The notes under the pieces are model-generated. The model ran no database searches, was not told the origin of the DNA, and worked only from the letters and a program-made list of their open reading frames with translations. Both the position numbers and the translations under genes were made by a program. DNA of 49,975 bases from a virus (taxonomy: Duplodnaviria; Caudoviricetes). The DNA is taken from the IMG/VR virus record IMGVR_UViG_3300020161_001351, positions 1 to 49,975 of that record. One strand, 5' to 3'. This document shows, one piece after another, positions 45,870 through 49,975 of the stretch (position 1 is the stretch's first letter; the number at the start of each line of letters is the position of its first letter).

Positions 45870-48800
45870 AGAATACTCGGGCTCCTATAAATTCTGTATT
45901 GTGGGGTATTTGGACCTCGATCTGTAAGTATTCTAGAAGGGACTCCCTATTGCAAGCAAAATTCCAAATATCGGCAACCCCTAAGTTGGAAACATACGGG
46001 GTTAGCGTAACTATGCTGGCCCTCTCGGCAGAGATCGCCTCGTCCAGAGCACTTTGCAGGTAAACTGGGTGCCTCAAGGGCACCAGACCATCTTGGGTGT
46101 CTACTGTCATTTTATGCAATAAAACTGTAACGGACTTATCCTCAACGCCAATTCCTGCGAATACAAAGGCTATTGATGAAATCTTAACATCGTGTTGTCC
46201 AATCTTAGCGGGAAGCTCACTGGGATATAAGTTATATGTGAGTATTCTGTGCGCCTCAAGTATGTCGGAATACATTTGATTGGGGTCAAAGAGCATGACA
46301 GAGATTTCTATTCCAGGGAACTGCGGGTCTCTCCCAGAGACCCAGGTATTCCATATTGCGGGATACTTATTCAAGTCAGTATCTACCCACCGCACCACAG
46401 AATACAGCTCTGCTGTCAGGGTTCTAGGCAGCGGCCTATCCACCTGCAATAGCCAATCCTCTGACGATTCTATTGAGGAGATTTCATATTCTGTGATAGT
46501 TGGAGGAAGCGACATATCATCTATGTCAAGCGTCTCGTCTACCGGCTTATGTATTCTTAGGAGGTCTCCCGCAGTTATTTGCAAATCGTCAAGAGTTAAT
46601 CTTTGATCGTGGGGGGTCATCAGTATCTGGCTCTGCTCGGCCTGCCCTCCAAGCGGAACCACCTCTCGGTCAAAGTTATCATAGATTCTGCGGAAGGTCC
46701 CCCTAGACGCAAAAGAGGTACTTGGTATGAAGGTCTCTAATCTCTGACTGGCGACATTTAAAAACCCCGTCACGCTCAGAACAGTGACTTCCGCTACATT
46801 TATGTCCGCGCTATCAATTGTTGCGGTCTCTGTAACTGTTAAAGTAGGAGTTAGTATAGAGTCCCCATATATGGAGGTAGCTGATATGGCTGTCGCGGTT
46901 AGTGTGTCTGTTTCTACATTTTTAGCGTACACATTAGCCCATCTGCGACCATAGACAGTTACTTTAATACTGTCCCAGGCAACTACTGGGTACAAATACT
47001 CATTTAGGATGATGTTCCCGGCAGAGATGCCCGCTATAAATCTATAGTATGTTGTTTCTGTTTCTCCAAACGTGGTCACTATTTTTAGTTTACGCCCCAC
47101 GTCAGATTCAATAAACTCAGAAGAACTGAGGGTGAGCACGGCACCGGCAATGGTTCCATCCTCTTCCTCATGAGTTAGGTATATTTTTTCTTCCCCGAGA
47201 TTGAACCCCACCAAGGGAAGTATTTCGGCATTAATCTCTTGGCGGGGCCAAGGGTATCCCTCTGCTTGGTTTACTGGTATTAGATCTGAACCAATCCCGC
47301 AAAGCCGGGCACTCTTGCTCGATAGTTTTAATATCCCGTCTGTTATTACTACATCCCCATTTAGTGTCTCAATGGCCGCATTAGAGTCTAACTGAGTAAT
47401 CCCATCAGGGGTAAAGCTCAAGGTGTCCGAACCAGATACGGCTAAGCACTCTGCGGTTACGTGCCAAGTTCCGTCTCCAACAATAGAAGAACACTCAAAA
47501 TCATCTGGAAAATCTGCTAGTATTTGTGTTCGCAATTGCACAATGGTAGGCCAACCCACTGTCACGGTGACTAGCAGTGTTACCCCATTGAAAGTCACAC
47601 CCGGAGATGCTCCAGGGACGATCTGGATCACGCACTCGCCTAACTCCCCACCCTTAGTGGTTCTGAAAATCTTAACGGAGTTAGATGTATCTTCCGGGTT
47701 GTATAGGGTTACCGCCCAGCGGATTTGCTGCATTGATGTCTGATATACATCCTCGTGTAGATACGAAACTACTACCGCATTAGAGTCCAGACCTCCAGTA
47801 ATCTTCTCCCCGAGACTAGTTTCCTCAGTAACCGTACCTGCAAAAATAGCCGCAGGATCTCTGTAAACGGGATCGTCCACAAAATCGTTATCCGTGCCCC
47901 CCTGATAGTTTACCTGCTGTACCACCAAGCCTGCCGCTCTAGGGAATACTGCGCTATCAGATACTACTCCCCCCTCTGAGTCTGGGACATCTCCCAACTG
48001 GGCCATTTTTTTAAGCATGGCACGAGAGGAGTTGCGCGCTGTTATTCGTATACCACTTCCCCCCTTTGCCTGATTTTCGTGCTTTAGCCCGTCCGTAGTC
48101 GTCCAAGATGATGTGTTAATCTTGATACCGGCGTCCACCGGAGAAGTGGTCGTAACTTCCATCCCATAGTATGGCATCTGGTATCGACCCGCGCCCGCTG
48201 AATTTAACAACTCACCCTCAGCAACTGCGGGGTACACGGGCTGTAGGTTTTCAGTAACAGCTAAGTCAATTACACATGCTAACTCCCCGAAACCCGTAAA
48301 TCGGGCGGCTGAAACGTGTGGGGTTGGGTTGGTTCCAGTTAGTCCTATCGCGGAGAAATCTATAGCAGACTTATACTTAGTGACTCCGCCGAATAAACCA
48401 GAGTTTTGATCGTGCTTTAAATTCTGGCACAGAGTCATATTATAAAAGCGCAAGTGTCCAGAGAAATCTCCCCCAGAGATTCCCTGTATGACCTCTTCGT
48501 CAAGAACTGCCCCATCCAGAGACTGAAGTGTTATCATCAAGTCGCCAGAGTAATTACAAGTTATAGAGTTTAAAATAAACAACCCGTCGAGATCCCCTTT
48601 GGAGGTTAGCACCTCTACTAAAGTCATGGGGGAATGTTTACGCATCGGAATCTTCAACGAGTAGTTACTAGCAGAAATAAAAGAGAACTGCCAATTAGTG
48701 TTCTCCGCTTCCGAAATCACTATCGCATCTTCAAAGCCGTCGTATGGACACAGCAGATCTACTATCTCCGGAGTATCCAGTATATTAGCACCTACCACTA

Positions 48801-49975
48801 GTAACTTGTTACCTTGGCTTTCTGTGACCGTAAACTCGTTTTTACTGTAGAAATCCACGGAGCCGATGTGCGTCCTCCGTGCAGTAGCGATTCCTGTTAG
48901 ACCGTGCGACCCGGTTAGAACCAAAGCATTCAACTGCCCAACTTTCAAAGCCCCATCCAAATCTGTGGTAGCCGCGTCGAGCCGCAGGGTAGCACCGCCA
49001 GAGAGATTTCTAGCAGATCTAGTGCCAAAGGTAAACTGTACTTCAATACTTGTAGTTACAGCTCCCAGATATTTATTTGGGGTGTCCACTGAATTTAAGA
49101 TCACTCTTGTTGGGGATACCCATCTTTCAATAGACCACACTTTCATGAACTGGAGATACCCAGAAGGAATATCTATGCTGGGGCCAGTATTCTCAACTAG
49201 TACCGTAAGCCCCGCGTCCGTAGGATAAAATGTGTCAGATTCGGTTTCCAGAATATACCCATTGAGCAGCGTCCCAGTAAAGGGCCCGGGGGACACACCA
49301 AACCTAGTAATAAATTTATTAAAATCCACATTCACGCTAGTTGCAATGGGAGTGAACGGAAAATCGGCCGCAGGGAAATCTGGAGAAGTTACTTGTGGAG
49401 TAAACGTGTAATCTCTGTAGATCGTTAGAGGAGTGTTTCCAGAAGAAATAGCATGAGATCCATCGTTGGTTTTATAATTAATGGAGGTATCCGATACCTT
49501 AGCATCGTCCGCACCATTTAGATCAAATATGTCTCTGCCAAGTAGCCTTCTACCTGAAAGGCTTTCCAACGAAACTTGATCTCCCCCGTGCGAATCTAAC
49601 TCCCCAAGTAAGAGGCTTCTGTAGTCTCTTGAATTCGGGCCTCGAATGGACCGCAATCCCCGAACCACCATATCATCAGTGGCCAGTCTTGGTATTACTG
49701 AGGCAGTTAATGTATCTGCTAGTAACCCCTTGAGTGTGGACATCTCTGCAAAGAATAATCCGATACCATGTAGGATCTTCTCTTCGGGTATTGGTGTATC
49801 GAACCAGAGATATAGTTCTTCATCGGGTAGGAATTCTGGGAATTCTCCTAGTCGGAAGGTCGCTTCTCCGAGATCTCCCGTAGTCAGCAGCACATCTCGC
49901 CCGCTTAGATAGGGTCGTATCTGCACTGTATTAGAGTCACAGACTTTCTCTACCCGATACTGGCCATCGTTATAC
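45856..49975 (-). CDS. Large tail/tail-fibre-associated structural protein, 5' truncated by the window edge
   Basis: The frame stays open beyond 49926 to the edge (YNDGQYRVEKVCDSNTVQI...). Beta-rich, acidic, with repeated F..SD.G....I modules. Confidence 0.6.
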   Translation of the reverse strand, partial: YNDGQYRVEKVCDSNTVQIRPYLSGRDVLLTTGDLGEATFRLGEFPEFLPDEELYLWFDTPIPEEKILHGIGLFFAEMSTLKGLLADTLTASVIPRLATDDMVVRGLRSIRGPNSRDYRSLLLGELDSHGGDQVSLESLSGRRLLGRDIFDLNGADDAKVSDTSINYKTNDGSHAISSGNTPLTIYRDYTFTPQVTSPDFPAADFPFTPIATSVNVDFNKFITRFGVSPGPFTGTLLNGYILETESDTFYPTDAGLTVLVENTGPSIDIPSGYLQFMKVWSIERWVSPTRVILNSVDTPNKYLGAVTTSIEVQFTFGTRSARNLSGGATLRLDAATTDLDGALKVGQLNALVLTGSHGLTGIATARRTHIGSVDFYSKNEFTVTESQGNKLLVVGANILDTPEIVDLLCPYDGFEDAIVISEAENTNWQFSFISASNYSLKIPMRKHSPMTLVEVLTSKGDLDGLFILNSITCNYSGDLMITLQSLDGAVLDEEVIQGISGGDFSGHLRFYNMTLCQNLKHDQNSGLFGGVTKYKSAIDFSAIGLTGTNPTPHVSAARFTGFGELACVIDLAVTENLQPVYPAVAEGELLNSAGAGRYQMPYYGMEVTTTSPVDAGIKINTSSWTTTDGLKHENQAKGGSGIRITARNSSRAMLKKMAQLGDVPDSEGGVVSDSAVFPRAAGLVVQQVNYQGGTDNDFVDDPVYRDPAAIFAGTVTEETSLGEKITGGLDSNAVVVSYLHEDVYQTSMQQIRWAVTLYNPEDTSNSVKIFRTTKGGELGECVIQIVPGASPGVTFNGVTLLVTVTVGWPTIVQLRTQILADFPDDFECSSIVGDGTWHVTAECLAVSGSDTLSFTPDGITQLDSNAAIETLNGDVVITDGILKLSSKSARLCGIGSDLIPVNQAEGYPWPRQEINAEILPLVGFNLGEEKIYLTHEEEDGTIAGAVLTLSSSEFIESDVGRKLKIVTTFGETETTYYRFIAGISAGNIILNEYLYPVVAWDSIKVTVYGRRWANVYAKNVETDTLTATAISATSIYGDSILTPTLTVTETATIDSADINVAEVTVLSVTGFLNVASQRLETFIPSTSFASRGTFRRIYDNFDREVVPLGGQAEQSQILMTPHDQRLTLDDLQITAGDLLRIHKPVDETLDIDDMSLPPTITEYEISSIESSEDWLLQVDRPLPRTLTAELYSVVRWVDTDLNKYPAIWNTWVSGRDPQFPGIEISVMLFDPNQMYSDILEAHRILTYNLYPSELPAKIGQHDVKISSIAFVFAGIGVEDKSVTVLLHKMTVDTQDGLVPLRHPVYLQSALDEAISAERASIVTLTPYVSNLGVADIWNFACNRESLLEYLQIEVQIPHNTEFIGARVFYEQT

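Noticed and set aside
649-49912. Numerous short antisense ORFs in the six-frame track
   Set aside because: They lie wholly within long motif-bearing genes on the opposite strand and lack RBSs or motifs.
1-49975. Alternative genetic code (TAG or TGA recoding), common in some jumbo phages
   Set aside because: Core genes are full length in code 11, coding density is high, and TAG and TGA terminate tightly coupled genes.
1-49975. tRNA, rRNA or structured ncRNA genes
   Set aside because: Intergenic gaps are short and no cloverleaf or T-loop pattern was noticed; tRNAscan-SE or Infernal would be needed to exclude them formally.

Overview
A 50 kb segment of a large, apparently lytic dsDNA tailed phage (Caudoviricetes, probably a jumbo myovirus) read in the standard genetic code. 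The left part (1-29240, mostly minus strand) is a head/virion module. It holds scaffold-like proteins, a Zn-ribbon prohead protease, a GpA-type large terminase, a portal, a gpV-like spike and a single-polypeptide beta-beta' RNA polymerase with an intein, interrupted by short plus-strand islands. The plus-strand block 29342-44695 is a replication/recombination operon: an intein-containing SF2 helicase, a UDG-like protein, DnaB, primase, SSB, PolA, an HU-like protein, a RecA-like protein, Hjc-like and Cas4-like nucleases, and RusA. The right end has three membrane/lysis-like genes and a truncated large tail protein. The most striking unexplained signal is a K-x-A motif that saturates the head-module proteins. 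A related N-terminal leader ((A/G)F(Y/F)DE..KI(A/S)) occurs on unrelated ORFs, including a divergent RelA/SpoT small alarmone synthetase, and also as a free-standing 23-aa mini-ORF. I infer a protease-processed capsid-loading system for effector cargo. All family calls come from motif recognition by eye; no database search was run.
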